A DNA stretch of 64,000 bases from Pseudomonadota bacterium. GTDB taxonomy: Bacteria > Bdellovibrionota > UBA1018 > CAIMNF01. A model generated the notes under the pieces. It saw nothing but the letters and a program-made list of their open reading frames with translations. It made no database searches and had not been told where the DNA came from. Below, one piece after another: positions 9,479 through 20,169 of the stretch. The stretch is from positions 1,332-65,331 of the forward strand of contig JAIXOQ010000024.1 of assembly GCA_027486675.1 (NCBI GenBank), read 5' to 3'. Position 1 is the stretch's first letter. Every line of letters begins with the position of its first letter. Position numbers and translations under genes: made by a program.

Positions 9479-10781
9479 ACCGCAACCATCCTCTCAGTCG
9501 ATCATCCGCAAAGTATTGGCCGATGAAATCCTTCGTCGTGTTCACTATCGTGATGTCAACGCCGCCACCAAAGGTGATCGCGCTTTTTGGAACGCGGTGA
9601 GACACATTCAAGGACACGAGATTATTTTTCTGAAGGACGTCTCTCATCCAAGACAATGATCCTTCGGTCCGCCAGGTGGGCGCATATTCAAGCTTGGCTT
9701 GGAAGGCGCGTTTGATTGGAAAACGAGACGGGAGGTCCACGTTGACATTGGGTAGAGCTGAAGATTGAGCAGTAGATCGCTCGTTGACGTAAAGCAAGGC
9801 TCCACTCAGGCGAACGCTGTGAGTGATCAGTGTGTGTATTCCGCCGGAATAGATCTCACTTGGATTTAATACTGGGTTGATCCAGGCCGGGTCATTGGTG
9901 AAGCGAAATGGACGCTCTCTTGATCCTGAGATCCATATGCCCCAAAGGTCTTTATCGTCTTTGTAGCCGACCTCGAATGTCGATAGGTTTCGAAGTGGGA
10001 ACTGCGTGCGAATATTCACCTGCACCTCAGCGCTCGAGTTTAAAAAAGGCTCGGCCGCAAGTTGCGGCATATGCACGGGCAAAACGCCAACCGAGGCGCT
10101 GCCCCAGAATCCAGAATCATCGCGATACTCCATTCTTGCTGCGGCATTGGGCCTGAGCAGAATGTCCTTCAATGCTGGGTTGATGAGCTTGTAGCGCATT
10201 TGGGTCTCTACGCCTAAGACCTCGATTTGTTTAGGGAGTGGCTTAAAGAAGGGTGAGCTACTGACGATAGTTCCGTTTTGTTCAAAGAGGGGAGTCCCTC
10301 TCTCTGGTACTGCTATCGGAGACCCGTAAAGCAGGAACGTGACGTTCTTATCCTCGAATCTGTAAAAAGCGCCTGTGAGTCCAATGCGTTCTGGGTAGAT
10401 GGGATCCCAGTTAAATCGCGGTGTCCAGAGACTCATTTGAGACCAGACTTCGTCGACGTGATTCCAGCGGTAAAGTCTTCTTCCTACTGTGAATTCATGT
10501 TCATCGGTGAGCGCACGTGAGGTTGCCAGGTAGGCCTCATGGGATTCCAGTGTGAAGCTTTGACGATTGGTGGTGAAGCTAAACCCAAGCAAGTCCGCTC
10601 GAGCGTGCAAGGAGTCGTCTTCAAATTCGCCATTTAAGGATGCGGATAGAGCGATCGCAGATGCAGCGCGCTCTTCGGAAGAATAAAGGAAGCTTGAACT
10701 CTCAAGACCAACTGTCCCGAGTGCGTGGACTAATGCGGGGGTCCATCCGAGGACGCCGATCGCTCTCCATAGTTTCGTCAA
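9468..10781 (-). CDS. Predicted outer-membrane beta-barrel protein, unknown function
   Basis: Signal peptide, alternating hydrophobic/aromatic beta-strand pattern, C-terminal ..GWLRYAF (terminal Phe typical of OMPs). Its 3' end overlaps the downstream lipoprotein gene by 11 nt. Confidence 0.5.
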   Translation of the reverse strand: MTKLWRAIGVLGWTPALVHALGTVGLESSSFLYSSEERAASAIALSASLNGEFEDDSLHARADLLGFSFTTNRQSFTLESHEAYLATSRALTDEHEFTVGRRLYRWNHVDEVWSQMSLWTPRFNWDPIYPERIGLTGAFYRFEDKNVTFLLYGSPIAVPERGTPLFEQNGTIVSSSPFFKPLPKQIEVLGVETQMRYKLINPALKDILLRPNAAARMEYRDDSGFWGSASVGVLPVHMPQLAAEPFLNSSAEVQVNIRTQFPLRNLSTFEVGYKDDKDLWGIWISGSRERPFRFTNDPAWINPVLNPSEIYSGGIHTLITHSVRLSGALLYVNERSTAQSSALPNVNVDLPSRFPIKRAFQAKLEYAPTWRTEGSLSWMRDVLQKNNLVSLNVSHRVPKSAITFGGGVDITIVNTTKDFIGQYFADDRLRGWLRYAF

Positions 10782-10816
10782 TGTTCCCCCTCTCCATGGG
10801 TGAAACTTTTCCTAGT

Positions 10817-11530
10817 CTACCGTCGGTTTTTCGACTCCGCAAAGGCTTGGGGGAAAACACCCTGAACATCGGACGCCATTTCCTCTGTATAGACGCATTC
10901 CTCCTTGGTCATGGGATGGAAGAAAGAGAGGGAAGAGGAGTGCAGTGCGGGCCTGTGAAGCAGTCTTTTTGCCGCAGGAGTGCCGTATTTTTGATCTCCC
11001 GCCAAAGGAAAGCCTGAGACTGCACACTGGACCCGGATCTGATGGGAGCGTCCGGTCTCAAGCTCCAGCTCCACAAGCGTCAACGGAATGTCGCCCTGCG
11101 TAAAGTGGACCAGGGGGTGAATCCAAAGTGCGGCCTCTTGAGCACCCTCCTTCGGGCGATCAAATGCGCGGACCTCATTGGTGGATTCGTTCTTGATCAG
11201 GAAATGTTTAAGTCGTCTTTTTTCGGGAAAATTTCCTAAGACGATTGCGTGGTAGTTCCTCCGCAAGGCTCCGTTGATGAGTTGCTCGCTGAGTCGCTCC
11301 GCTGATTTCGAACGTTTCGCAATCACCATGAGTCCTGAGGTGTTCCGGTCTAAGCGATGCACCAGACCGACATAATGTCTGCCAAAGTGGATGCGCATCA
11401 ACGCGACAAGATCTATGTCTCCAGAAATATCCCCTTGGCTGAGCAGTCCAGGAGGCTTCGAGAGAACAACCAGGTGTTGATCTTCAAAAATGATCTTGGG
11501 TTTAAGATCTACCGAATTGGAGTCAGCCAT
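10817..11530 (-). CDS. RluA-family pseudouridine synthase
   Basis: Catalytic motif HRLDRNTSGLMV, plus the downstream ..GRSHQIRVQ.. motif. Confidence 0.8.
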   Translation of the reverse strand: MADSNSVDLKPKIIFEDQHLVVLSKPPGLLSQGDISGDIDLVALMRIHFGRHYVGLVHRLDRNTSGLMVIAKRSKSAERLSEQLINGALRRNYHAIVLGNFPEKRRLKHFLIKNESTNEVRAFDRPKEGAQEAALWIHPLVHFTQGDIPLTLVELELETGRSHQIRVQCAVSGFPLAGDQKYGTPAAKRLLHRPALHSSSLSFFHPMTKEECVYTEEMASDVQGVFPQAFAESKNRR

Positions 11531-12462
11531 TCGCGTGGCGTATCGCTTAGTTCTCCGCGAACAAGACGGCCATACTCCTTGAGTAGAGACAGTGTGAGTG
11601 CTCCAGGTTTTCCTTTGGTCTCACCGCGACCAATCGGGCGCTGGTCAACACTTGCGACAGGAGTGATCTCTGCGGCGGTACCGGTCAAAAATACTTCATC
11701 TGCACACCAGAGTTCATCGCGTGTGAATCGAGCCTCAACGACCTTGATCCCTTTTCTTTCTAAGATCTTGGTTACCGTCTGGCGAGTGATGCCATTGAGG
11801 ATTGAAGTCAGGGGCGTGGTCTTGACTACGCCATCGACCACAATAAAAAGATTCTCGCCCGTGCCTTCTGCCAAAAATCCTTCTGGATCTAAAAGAAGGC
11901 CCTCATCAAAACCAAGACTGAGAGCCTCACGTTTTGCTAAGACTCCGGTCACATACTGACCCGTGATTTTGCCTTTGGTCATCACGCTGTTGGGATGGGG
12001 CCGAATGAAACTTGAAGTCATGAGCTTCACGCCTTCGGTGACGCCTTTGTCCCCTAAGTACTTTCCCCATTCCCACGTGATCACAGCCATATCAATCGGA
12101 GGCGTGGCTCCTGGGTAGACTCCCAGTGGGCCATCACCAATGAAGGTGATTGGACGCACGTAACATTCTTCAAATTTGTTCGCTTTGCAGATTTCGATGG
12201 CAGCAGCGCAAAGTTGTTCAACGTTGTAGGGAGATTCAAAGCCCATGATCTTTAAGCTGTCCGTCAGACGAGTCATGTGTTCAGTGAGGCGAAAAATGGC
12301 TCCGCCACCACTGGTCTGCCTATAGGCGCGAATTCCTTCGAAAGCGCCTGTGCCGTAATGCAGTCCATGAGTGAAAAGGCTAATTTTTGCGTTTTCTGCC
12401 GGTAAAATTTTTCCGTTATACCAAACGTTTGCGCCACGGGACATCGACTGACCGCCTTCCAA
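11509..12462 (-). CDS. ilvE: Branched-chain amino acid aminotransferase (class IV)
   Basis: Full-length similarity pattern to IlvE (GLHYGTGAFEGIRAY, EGTGENLF, LNGITR, FLTGTAAEITPV). The start may be the internal ATG at 12444. Confidence 0.85.
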   Translation of the reverse strand: MEGGQSMSRGANVWYNGKILPAENAKISLFTHGLHYGTGAFEGIRAYRQTSGGGAIFRLTEHMTRLTDSLKIMGFESPYNVEQLCAAAIEICKANKFEECYVRPITFIGDGPLGVYPGATPPIDMAVITWEWGKYLGDKGVTEGVKLMTSSFIRPHPNSVMTKGKITGQYVTGVLAKREALSLGFDEGLLLDPEGFLAEGTGENLFIVVDGVVKTTPLTSILNGITRQTVTKILERKGIKVVEARFTRDELWCADEVFLTGTAAEITPVASVDQRPIGRGETKGKPGALTLSLLKEYGRLVRGELSDTPREWLTPIR

Positions 12463-12486
12463 GACAAGTATCTTAAGATGCTATAA

Positions 12487-13455
12487 TCATACACGGTCAC
12501 GAGCTCGATAGAACGCGATCCCTTTTTGAATCAATGATTCTTCTTGATCAGGAAGTAGGAAGGATTCTAAGGGTTTGAGACCCTTGATCCAGGTCCTTTG
12601 AGCCTTCGATAATTGTCGGTGCGCAAGCCACAACTCTTCCACAAGTTCTTTCTCAGAGTGTACAGGCGGCCTTCCTTGAGGCTGTGTGCCGGACAAATAA
12701 TCTACAACCTGTCGATAACCCACAGCTTGAAGTGCACGGGAGTGAGGGTGAGTCCTGATCAGTTGAGTAACCTCTTCGATGAGGCCACGTCGGAGCATCG
12801 TTTCGATGCGTCCCTTTAGCTGACTTGCGTGAAGTTTCGGATCCTGATCCAAAGACACAAGCTGCAATAGGGGATGGATGGTCTTTGGCATCCGTTGCTC
12901 CCACTGCGTTGGACCAATCCCAGTCAGATGAAGCAGTTCGAGTGCGCGTGTGAGGCGGTAACGATCCGTGCCTCCAATGCGTGCAGCAGCAGAAGGATCC
13001 TTCATGAGCAAATCGTTATGGAGTAGTTTCACATCTCGTTTTTCACACGACTCACGAAACTCTTGATTTGCCCCAGGGGCATCCCAAAGGCCAAAAAGTA
13101 GGCCTTTTAAATAGAACCCAGACCCTCCGACAAATAGGACACGTTTTTTTGACCCCTCAGTGATACTCAGAATTCTATTGGTCTCTCTTAAGAAATCGGC
13201 CGCGGTGAATGAGTCTTCAGGCGCTGCTACATCAATTAAATGGTGTGGGACTTGATTCTGCTCCTCTAAGTTTGGTTTTGCCGATCCAATGTTGAAGTCG
13301 CGGTAAAACGAGACAGAATCCACATTAATCAGTTCAAGGTTAGGGATCGACTGAGCCAGCTTGAGTGCGATGCGTGATTTTCCGACGCCAGTAGGTCCTA
13401 CCAGGACCCATGCCTCAGATTTTAGTTCCGTCAGGGTGCGCGACGCTGAAACCAT
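12487..13455 (-). CDS. miaA: tRNA dimethylallyltransferase
   Basis: P-loop GPTGVGKS at the N-terminus and the VPHHLID motif. Conserved mutL-miaA synteny. Confidence 0.9.
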   Translation of the reverse strand: MVSASRTLTELKSEAWVLVGPTGVGKSRIALKLAQSIPNLELINVDSVSFYRDFNIGSAKPNLEEQNQVPHHLIDVAAPEDSFTAADFLRETNRILSITEGSKKRVLFVGGSGFYLKGLLFGLWDAPGANQEFRESCEKRDVKLLHNDLLMKDPSAAARIGGTDRYRLTRALELLHLTGIGPTQWEQRMPKTIHPLLQLVSLDQDPKLHASQLKGRIETMLRRGLIEEVTQLIRTHPHSRALQAVGYRQVVDYLSGTQPQGRPPVHSEKELVEELWLAHRQLSKAQRTWIKGLKPLESFLLPDQEESLIQKGIAFYRARDRV

Positions 13456-15152
13456 TGTTCAAGCCGCCCTTCGGTAATTTCGTAGGTGGTCGGTCTCCCG
13501 TGAGGACAAGAACCGGGATTTTCGCAGCCTCGGAGTTCCTCAAAAATGAAACTTGCCTCAATCGGTGAAACGGAATCGTGGGCCTTAATGCTTCCGCGGC
13601 AGGATTCCATAGCGACTTTCTCAAAGAGACTTTCGTCCCAGTGAACCTCGCGAGGAGTGTCTGCGCTCCCGAGTTTCTCCATTAAGTTGTGCAGTCGTGT
13701 AGCCATTTGTCTTTCGCCCCAAGCACTTGGGATAGATCTAAAGGCTACTGTCGTCTCGCTGATGGCATCCACTTCAAACCCAAGATCTCTGAGCCACGGA
13801 AGCTTTGAAACGAACGCGTCATCTAAGACACCTTCGGCAAGCCTCACTAAGGTGGGTTCTAAAAGCCTTTGCGACGAGATTGCGGTTCGTGTGAGTGCTC
13901 TTTTTTTTAATTTTTCAAATCGCACTCTTTCGTGAGCTGCGTGTTGATCGACGAGTAAATAGCGCCCCGAGTCTAGGAATAACCAATAAGTATTGAAAAG
14001 AGTCGCTAAGTACCGCCCTTGCTCGGGAAGGATTGCAGCTTCCGTTTGATACTGGATCGGACTGGAAACACCAAATTCAAAGGCGGGAGAATGAGAAAAA
14101 TTTGTAGGAGCAGTCTGTGCCTGGGGCATTGGAGAGGCAATCGGAAGAAGAAGTTCGCTCGCGATGCGATAGAGGATGCTCGGTTCACGAAAACGAATTT
14201 CTGATTTGGTTGGGTGGGCGTTGATATCAATACTGCCGGCAGGAAAATGAAACTTCGCGACCAGAGCCGGGAACTGGCCAGGCAAGAAGCTCTGACGGAG
14301 TGGATTTAATAGCGCTTGTTGAAGCACTCTATCCTTAATCACCCGTCCGTTCACAATTTGAATCAGTTTCCGTGTGTGAGGGACGCTAGCCCCTCTGACC
14401 CAATAAACTTCCGCCTCTATGCCTCCCACTGAAATACTGCGGTGGACGGATGTGAGACCTTCTTCTGCGCCAAGCAGCGCATCAATCCGTGTCTTTTCGT
14501 CAGAGGCCTCATAAGAAAGAATAGCCTTGTTGCCGCTATAAAGTTCAAAACGCACGTGTGGATATGCAAGGGAGAGACGCTCGATAACTTCCCGAACCGC
14601 AGCGACCTCACTCTGCACGCTCTTCATGAATTTGAGTCGAGCAGGAAGATGAGAAAACAGACCTAACACGGTGACTCTCGTACCGTGAACGGATCCACAG
14701 AAAAGTCCAGACTGGGTTGCAATTGGTCGGATTCTTCTTGGGGCTTGGTATGAAGCCTCAATCTGAAGGGCAGGTGCGTCTGTAAGTGAAGTGGCGGCGC
14801 GTGAGACTATGTTGATCTGAGCCACTGAGGCGATGCTGGGCAGGGCCTCACCCCGAAACCCAAGTGTCTTTAAATGGTCTAAATCCTGTATCGAGTTGAT
14901 CTTCGAAGTAGCATGCCTCAGCAAACAGATCTCCAGATCGGACTCGATCATCCCTCGTCCATCGTCGGTGACCTCAATGGTTGCGAGGCCTCCTTCATCC
15001 AGTTGAACTCGAACTGAGTTTGCTTGAGCATCAAGTGAGTTTTCGACCAGTTCTTTCACTACGCTTGCAGGACGTTCGATCACCTCTCCTGCGGCAATTT
15101 GCTCCGCAACGAGTGGTGGAAGAAGATGAATACGAGGTGCTGGTTGGGACAT
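13431..15152 (-). CDS. mutL: DNA mismatch repair protein MutL
   Basis: GHKL ATPase N-terminus (IAAGEVIERPASVVKELVENSLDA, DDGRGM) and a C-terminal dimerisation region (..CPHGRPT). Confidence 0.9.
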   Translation of the reverse strand: MSQPAPRIHLLPPLVAEQIAAGEVIERPASVVKELVENSLDAQANSVRVQLDEGGLATIEVTDDGRGMIESDLEICLLRHATSKINSIQDLDHLKTLGFRGEALPSIASVAQINIVSRAATSLTDAPALQIEASYQAPRRIRPIATQSGLFCGSVHGTRVTVLGLFSHLPARLKFMKSVQSEVAAVREVIERLSLAYPHVRFELYSGNKAILSYEASDEKTRIDALLGAEEGLTSVHRSISVGGIEAEVYWVRGASVPHTRKLIQIVNGRVIKDRVLQQALLNPLRQSFLPGQFPALVAKFHFPAGSIDINAHPTKSEIRFREPSILYRIASELLLPIASPMPQAQTAPTNFSHSPAFEFGVSSPIQYQTEAAILPEQGRYLATLFNTYWLFLDSGRYLLVDQHAAHERVRFEKLKKRALTRTAISSQRLLEPTLVRLAEGVLDDAFVSKLPWLRDLGFEVDAISETTVAFRSIPSAWGERQMATRLHNLMEKLGSADTPREVHWDESLFEKVAMESCRGSIKAHDSVSPIEASFIFEELRGCENPGSCPHGRPTTYEITEGRLEQWFQRRAP

Positions 15153-15155
15153 GGC

Positions 15156-16097
15156 TCAATACGCGATCGTAACGCGATTTCGTCCGGATGTTTTTGACTC
15201 ATAAAGGGCTTTGTCTGCCTCCTTGATCAAAGAACTTGCCCCTTCTGTTTCTGCCTTGAGTTCGGACACACCTAAGCTCGAAGTGACTTGGATCCGTTTT
15301 CCTTCATAAGTGAAAGGATGCAGCTGAATTTTACTGCGCACTAACTCAGCGAGCTTCGCCGCTTCTTCTTTTCCTACAGAGGGCAATAGAAGACAAAACT
15401 CTTCGCCGCCATAACGAGCAAAAACTTCTTTCCCTTGGGTGGGCAGTGTTCGGATTAGGTTTGCAAATTCTTTTAAAACGTAATCACCGCCCTCGTGTCC
15501 GTAGGTGTCATTGACTTTTTTGAAATGATCTAAGTCCATGAAAACAAGGGACAGTTGTGTGTGTAAAGCGCGTGCACGCTTAAACTCGGCGTCGATCGCC
15601 TCGATAAAATATCCTTTGTTGAAAGCGCCGGTAAGAGGGTCGTTGTTGGCCGCTGCGTTCAGATTTCCATAGAAAATGATTTCAAGCTCTCCAGCAGGGA
15701 GGAACTTTACAATCGTATTTCCGAGCTTGATCATGTCTTCTTTTTCTAGGGACACTAAATCGCCGGGGCTCAATCGATTGCCATTCACAACTGTGCCATT
15801 TGCAGATCCAAGGTCTTCCAGTTTGACTGAGCTCTCTTCCAGGCGGAGACGCGCATGTTTTCTGGAGATGGAGGGGTCTGCGATCGAGATCTCAACATTT
15901 GGATCTCTCCCGATCACCATTTGGTCTTGTGTAATGGAGTACCGATGGCCTTGGGGAGCACCACGGATCAAAATCAAGCAAGCGGGCTGCTCTCTTGCTT
16001 TGGTGATTTCTTTGTTTAAGGTTTCCTGGTCTACGCCCAAGACCTCGGTCTTATCGGAAGTGTTCTGTGGTGTCTTTTGGTTTTGATCCGAGGTCAT
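15156..16097 (-). CDS. FHA-domain diguanylate cyclase (FHA-GGDEF)
   Basis: FHA core (IGRDPN..ISRKHARL..DLGSANGT) followed by a GGDEF domain with an intact GGEEF. No RxxD I-site at the usual position (QGKE instead). Confidence 0.85.
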   Translation of the reverse strand: MTSDQNQKTPQNTSDKTEVLGVDQETLNKEITKAREQPACLILIRGAPQGHRYSITQDQMVIGRDPNVEISIADPSISRKHARLRLEESSVKLEDLGSANGTVVNGNRLSPGDLVSLEKEDMIKLGNTIVKFLPAGELEIIFYGNLNAAANNDPLTGAFNKGYFIEAIDAEFKRARALHTQLSLVFMDLDHFKKVNDTYGHEGGDYVLKEFANLIRTLPTQGKEVFARYGGEEFCLLLPSVGKEEAAKLAELVRSKIQLHPFTYEGKRIQVTSSLGVSELKAETEGASSLIKEADKALYESKTSGRNRVTIAY

Positions 16098-17347
16098 GAC
16101 TTTATAAGTTTAGGAGAAACTTGCTCATGTCGCAATCGTAGGTCCCTTAAGCCCTCTTCGATGTAGACCTTCCCTTCTTCTACTCCAGGTTGATCATAAG
16201 GATTCACGCCCAAGAGTTCACCCATAAGGCTGGTCAGCGCACATAGGGTGAACATGACTTCGCCGTAACTCTCCGCGTTATGGCCCTTTAACGTGAGTGC
16301 AAGGTGTGGAATGTTCTGCGTCATACAAACTTTTTTAATGGCCGCGTACTCGATCGCAATGAGGTCCTGAAGTGCAATGCCGCTCATCGTCGGGAAGACG
16401 CCCCCTGACGCGGGGAGGGCCGTTGCACGTTCCCAAGTCACAAACCAAATCATCTTGTCTCTGGGGCCGTCTCTTACGAGTTGGAAGCTTGAGTGTTGGT
16501 CAGTGGCCCCAACAGATGCAACGGCAGTGAAGCCCTTGCGATTCTTCCCCAAGGACTCAGACCAGAGTTGCACCCACCAGTTGGCCAAAAAGCGCCCAAC
16601 AGTCGAGTATGTCATCATCACATGGATGGGCGCATCTTCTGAGTGTCTGAGGAGTGAAGCGGCCCACGTACATAAGGCGGTCGGATCGCGTTCAATCTGT
16701 GTTCTTGCGGTATTTGCGCCCTCTAAGAATTTTTGGCTCGAATGACCTGCAAGCTCGAGCAGAAATAGACCCACAGGCGTGAATACCGAATAACGTCCAC
16801 CAATACTGGGTGCGATTGCGAGGGTGTCGACTTCATATTTCTTCGACCATTCTCTTAAGTCCCCTTTTGTGGGGTCGGTGACCGCAATGACTTGATTCTT
16901 AATGCGGCTTGTACCGAGCCAATTGATCACCTCATTTGAAATAGCCAGCGTTTCAAATGTGCCACCCGACTTGGTGACAATGACCACGAGTGTTGACTCA
17001 GGAATGAGGCGCGCCAGCTTTCGTGCAATGTCGGTGGCGTCAGGGTTTTCTAAGAAAGTGAAGTCCACGGCACGACTGGTACCTAGGGCTTCAATCAGCG
17101 CGATCGGACCAAGACTACTGCCACCAATCCCAATCAAGATGACGTCGGTGAAAGAAAATCGGGCGCGAACTTTTTGCGCAAGTTGAGTACAGGCTCTTTG
17201 CTGGGACAAGGTGTCGTCGATAGGTGCATTGAAGTATCCAGACTCATTTTTAGCTAAGCGTGCTCTGGCGTTTGTCCATGCAGCTGTCGCTTTTTGTAGA
17301 GAAGGTTGCGATTCAAAATAACTCAGGTCTAAATGCAAAGAACTCAT
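16094..17347 (-). CDS. pgi: Glucose-6-phosphate isomerase (short type)
   Basis: IGIGGSSLGP SIS motif, ..GGRYSV.., and C-terminal PGI signature regions. Confidence 0.85.
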   Translation of the reverse strand: MSSLHLDLSYFESQPSLQKATAAWTNARARLAKNESGYFNAPIDDTLSQQRACTQLAQKVRARFSFTDVILIGIGGSSLGPIALIEALGTSRAVDFTFLENPDATDIARKLARLIPESTLVVIVTKSGGTFETLAISNEVINWLGTSRIKNQVIAVTDPTKGDLREWSKKYEVDTLAIAPSIGGRYSVFTPVGLFLLELAGHSSQKFLEGANTARTQIERDPTALCTWAASLLRHSEDAPIHVMMTYSTVGRFLANWWVQLWSESLGKNRKGFTAVASVGATDQHSSFQLVRDGPRDKMIWFVTWERATALPASGGVFPTMSGIALQDLIAIEYAAIKKVCMTQNIPHLALTLKGHNAESYGEVMFTLCALTSLMGELLGVNPYDQPGVEEGKVYIEEGLRDLRLRHEQVSPKLIKS

Positions 17348-18474
17348 TTTCTTTTTAAACTCCGCGATATCACTAATCTTTGGATTTGATTTGTGCCTTC
17401 AACGATTTGAAGGACTTTTGCTTCGCGCATGTATCGCTCGGCGGGGAAGTCTTTGGTGTATCCGGAACCACCTAGGACCTGAACAGCATCTGTCGTGACT
17501 TGCATCGCGGTATCCGTGGCAAAAAGCTTCGCTTGAGCGGCTTCAATAGAATATTGCTTTCCGGCATCCTTCAAAGCCGCAGCTCGCTCCACCAACAATC
17601 GTGAGGCGTCGATTGCGGTCAGCATGTCAGCCAACATAAATCCGACTCCCTGAAAATCAAGAATGGGTTTCCCGAATTGCTCGCGCTCGTTCGCGTGATC
17701 TACCGCCAGCTGAAAAGCGGCGCGGGCCACACCCACACCGGTCGCAGCGATTGTAATCCTGCCGTTATCGAGTGCGTTGAGAGCAATCTTCATTCCAGCT
17801 CCCTCCTCAAGGACGAGCTGAGACGCAGGAATCTTCACGTTCTCCAAGAGAACTTCCATAGTGTGTGAAATATTAAGGCCCATTTTTTTTTCTCGTTTTC
17901 CAAACGAGAGACCGGGAGTTCCTTTTTCAATAATGAAAGTCGAGACCCCGGTTGCACCATTTGCCGATGAAGTGCGGGCCATTAATAGGATGACGTCCGC
18001 TGAATCAGCCTGGGTTGTCCAAAGTTTTGTCCCATTTAAGATATAAAAAGAACCGCTCTTCTCGGCGCGAGTCTTGAGACTTGCTGCATCGGATCCACTC
18101 GATGCTTCCGAGAGTGAGAAGGCGCCAACGGCATGACCCGCAGCTAGGGGTGGGATGTATTTTGATTTTTGTGCCTCATTGCCAAAAGTATTCAGAATAA
18201 CTTGCGGAAGACCGGATACTGCGATGCTGATTGCATAGCTAGCACTCACAGAAGCGATCTCTTCCAGTGCTGCAGCATATTCTAAACTGCCTAGCCCAGT
18301 CCCTCCATAGGACACAGATGTCGCAATTCCCGTGAGTCCAAGGTCACCCAGTTTTCGAATCACATCTTTGCGAAATGTCTCAGATTCCTCATCCGCTTCT
18401 ACGATGGGCGCCAAATATTCTTTCGCTGCATTGCGGGCAAGCGAGCGGATTTCATCTAAAGAAATATCAGCCAT
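17344..18474 (-). CDS. Acyl-CoA dehydrogenase
   Basis: ACAD pattern throughout ([10 protein letters not shown], ..[29 protein letters not shown]). The ATG at 18474 (MADISLDE) removes the 92-nt overlap with glyA that the ORF-track start would give. Confidence 0.85.
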   Translation of the reverse strand: MADISLDEIRSLARNAAKEYLAPIVEADEESETFRKDVIRKLGDLGLTGIATSVSYGGTGLGSLEYAAALEEIASVSASYAISIAVSGLPQVILNTFGNEAQKSKYIPPLAAGHAVGAFSLSEASSGSDAASLKTRAEKSGSFYILNGTKLWTTQADSADVILLMARTSSANGATGVSTFIIEKGTPGLSFGKREKKMGLNISHTMEVLLENVKIPASQLVLEEGAGMKIALNALDNGRITIAATGVGVARAAFQLAVDHANEREQFGKPILDFQGVGFMLADMLTAIDASRLLVERAAALKDAGKQYSIEAAQAKLFATDTAMQVTTDAVQVLGGSGYTKDFPAERYMREAKVLQIVEGTNQIQRLVISRSLKRK

Positions 18475-19726
18475 ACAATGGGAACCTCTTACAGAGGTCC
18501 TGGACCTCACTCTTGATTTTAAGGAGCTTTGCTGTTTCTCCACGAGAAAGGATGGCATCGCGAATCCAGAGCCCCAGTTGTTTCATCTCAGATGTCCCAA
18601 GTCCACGAGTGGTGATCGCAGGAGTACCAATACGAATTCCACTTGTGATGAAGGGAGAGCGTTTCTCGCCCGGAACCGTGTTCTTATTCACAGTGATCCC
18701 TGCCTGATCCAGCCAAGCTTCCGCTTCTTTTCCTGTGACCTCGCCCAATGCGGATTGGGAAAGGTCGACGAGCATGAGGTGATTGTCGGTACCACCTGTA
18801 ACGAGATTGAAGCCATGCTCCATGAGGATGGAAGCCAAGCTTTTCGCGTTCTCAAGAATCTGTTTTTGATACACCAAAAAGTCAGGTTGTAATGCCTCTC
18901 CAAAAGCTACTGCCTTTGCGGCGATCACGTGCATCAGAGGTCCCCCTTGAATGCCTGGGAAGATTGCGGAGTTCATTGCCTTTAATCTTTCAGTAGAAGA
19001 AAGAATCAGGCCGCCTCGGGGGCCACGGAGAGTTTTATGTGTTGTGGTGGTAGTAAAAGCGGCGTGTGGGATGGGGGATGGATGCAGCTTGGCGGCCACC
19101 AAGCCAGCGATGTGCGCCATGTCCACAAATAGAACGGCTCCCACCTCAGTCGCGATTTCTGCAAATACTTTGAAGTCGATGATTCGCGGGTATGCGCTCG
19201 CTCCCGCTAAGATCATTTTGGGCCGCTCTTTTTTTGCAAGATCTCTCACCTGATCAAAGTCGATTTGGTGGGTTGTTTCGTTTAGGCCATAGTGAACAGC
19301 CTGATAGATTTTTCCGCTGAAATTCACAGGTGACCCGTGAGTGAGGTGTCCCCCTTGTGATAGATCCATCCCTAAGAATTTTTCCCCTGGGTTCATGAGC
19401 GTCATGAATACAGCCAAGTTCGCGTTGCTTCCGCTGTGTGGCTGAACGTTTGCCGCTTCGCATTCAAAAAGCTTGGTCGCTCTTTCGATGGCGAGTGTCT
19501 CGGCACGGTCAACAAAAACGCAGCCGCCGTAATACCTTTTTCCAGGATAGCCTTCCGCATACTTGTTCGTGAGGCTGCTCCCTTGAGCTTCCAGCACTGC
19601 CCGGCTTACATAATTCTCTGATGCAATGAGCTCTAGACCGGTTTCTTCGCGTTGTTCCTCAGCACTGATGGCTTGTGCGATTTCAGGATCCGTTTGTGCA
19701 ATAGACTTTAAGAAATTTGAGTTCAT
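18467..19726 (-). CDS. glyA: Serine hydroxymethyltransferase
   Basis: Canonical SHMT sequence including the PLP-Lys motif [14 protein letters not shown]. Confidence 0.95.
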   Translation of the reverse strand: MNSNFLKSIAQTDPEIAQAISAEEQREETGLELIASENYVSRAVLEAQGSSLTNKYAEGYPGKRYYGGCVFVDRAETLAIERATKLFECEAANVQPHSGSNANLAVFMTLMNPGEKFLGMDLSQGGHLTHGSPVNFSGKIYQAVHYGLNETTHQIDFDQVRDLAKKERPKMILAGASAYPRIIDFKVFAEIATEVGAVLFVDMAHIAGLVAAKLHPSPIPHAAFTTTTTHKTLRGPRGGLILSSTERLKAMNSAIFPGIQGGPLMHVIAAKAVAFGEALQPDFLVYQKQILENAKSLASILMEHGFNLVTGGTDNHLMLVDLSQSALGEVTGKEAEAWLDQAGITVNKNTVPGEKRSPFITSGIRIGTPAITTRGLGTSEMKQLGLWIRDAILSRGETAKLLKIKSEVQDLCKRFPLYG

Positions 19727-20169
19727 TGTTTTTCTCCGTGTGACGCGAGTAAAGCGACCCGCCTCAGGTGGCGGTCCGATGAATCAGGCACTGCATTTAG
19801 AAACTCAGTTAAAATTGTATCCGCGACGGCAAGAGGAGTAATTCTTGCCCCTAAACAAAGCACGTTAGCATGGTTGTGTTCCCGTCCTAGGCGGGCTTGT
19901 TCCGGAAGTGTTGCAAGGACTGCGCGGACGTGGCTGAACCGATTCGCTGCAATCGAAACTCCGATTCCACTCCCACAGATCAATACGCCTAAAGCTTCTG
20001 GATGACTCTTTAACTCCCGTGCTACCGCAAATGAATATCTAGGATAGTCCACGCTATCGGAGCTATGAGTGCCGAGATCAACCCACTCAATGTCGGGCCG
20101 TTTGTTTTTAAGTTGTTCTTTAAAGTCAACGCCAGCATGGTCGGAGGCAATATACAGCTTCGTTTTCAA
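19723..20169 (-). CDS. rpiB: Ribose-5-phosphate isomerase B
   Basis: RpiB/LacAB pattern ([32 protein letters not shown]). Confidence 0.85.
   Translation of the reverse strand: MKTKLYIASDHAGVDFKEQLKNKRPDIEWVDLGTHSSDSVDYPRYSFAVARELKSHPEALGVLICGSGIGVSIAANRFSHVRAVLATLPEQARLGREHNHANVLCLGARITPLAVADTILTEFLNAVPDSSDRHLRRVALLASHGEKQ

Noticed and set aside
11357-11959. 200-aa plus-strand ORF across the rluA/ilvE junction
   Set aside because: It is antisense to two well-supported genes. The product is Ser/Arg/Pro-rich low complexity with no RBS or motif. This is a typical shadow ORF.
18475-18558. 28-codon N-terminal extension of the acyl-CoA dehydrogenase ORF, overlapping glyA
   Set aside because: The internal ATG at 18474 (MADISLDE) sits 2 nt after the glyA stop and matches ACAD N-termini. 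The extension is basic low complexity.
18332-18892. 186-aa and 110-aa plus-strand ORFs antisense to glyA and the acyl-CoA dehydrogenase gene
   Set aside because: They are shadow ORFs opposite strongly conserved genes, with no start context or motifs.
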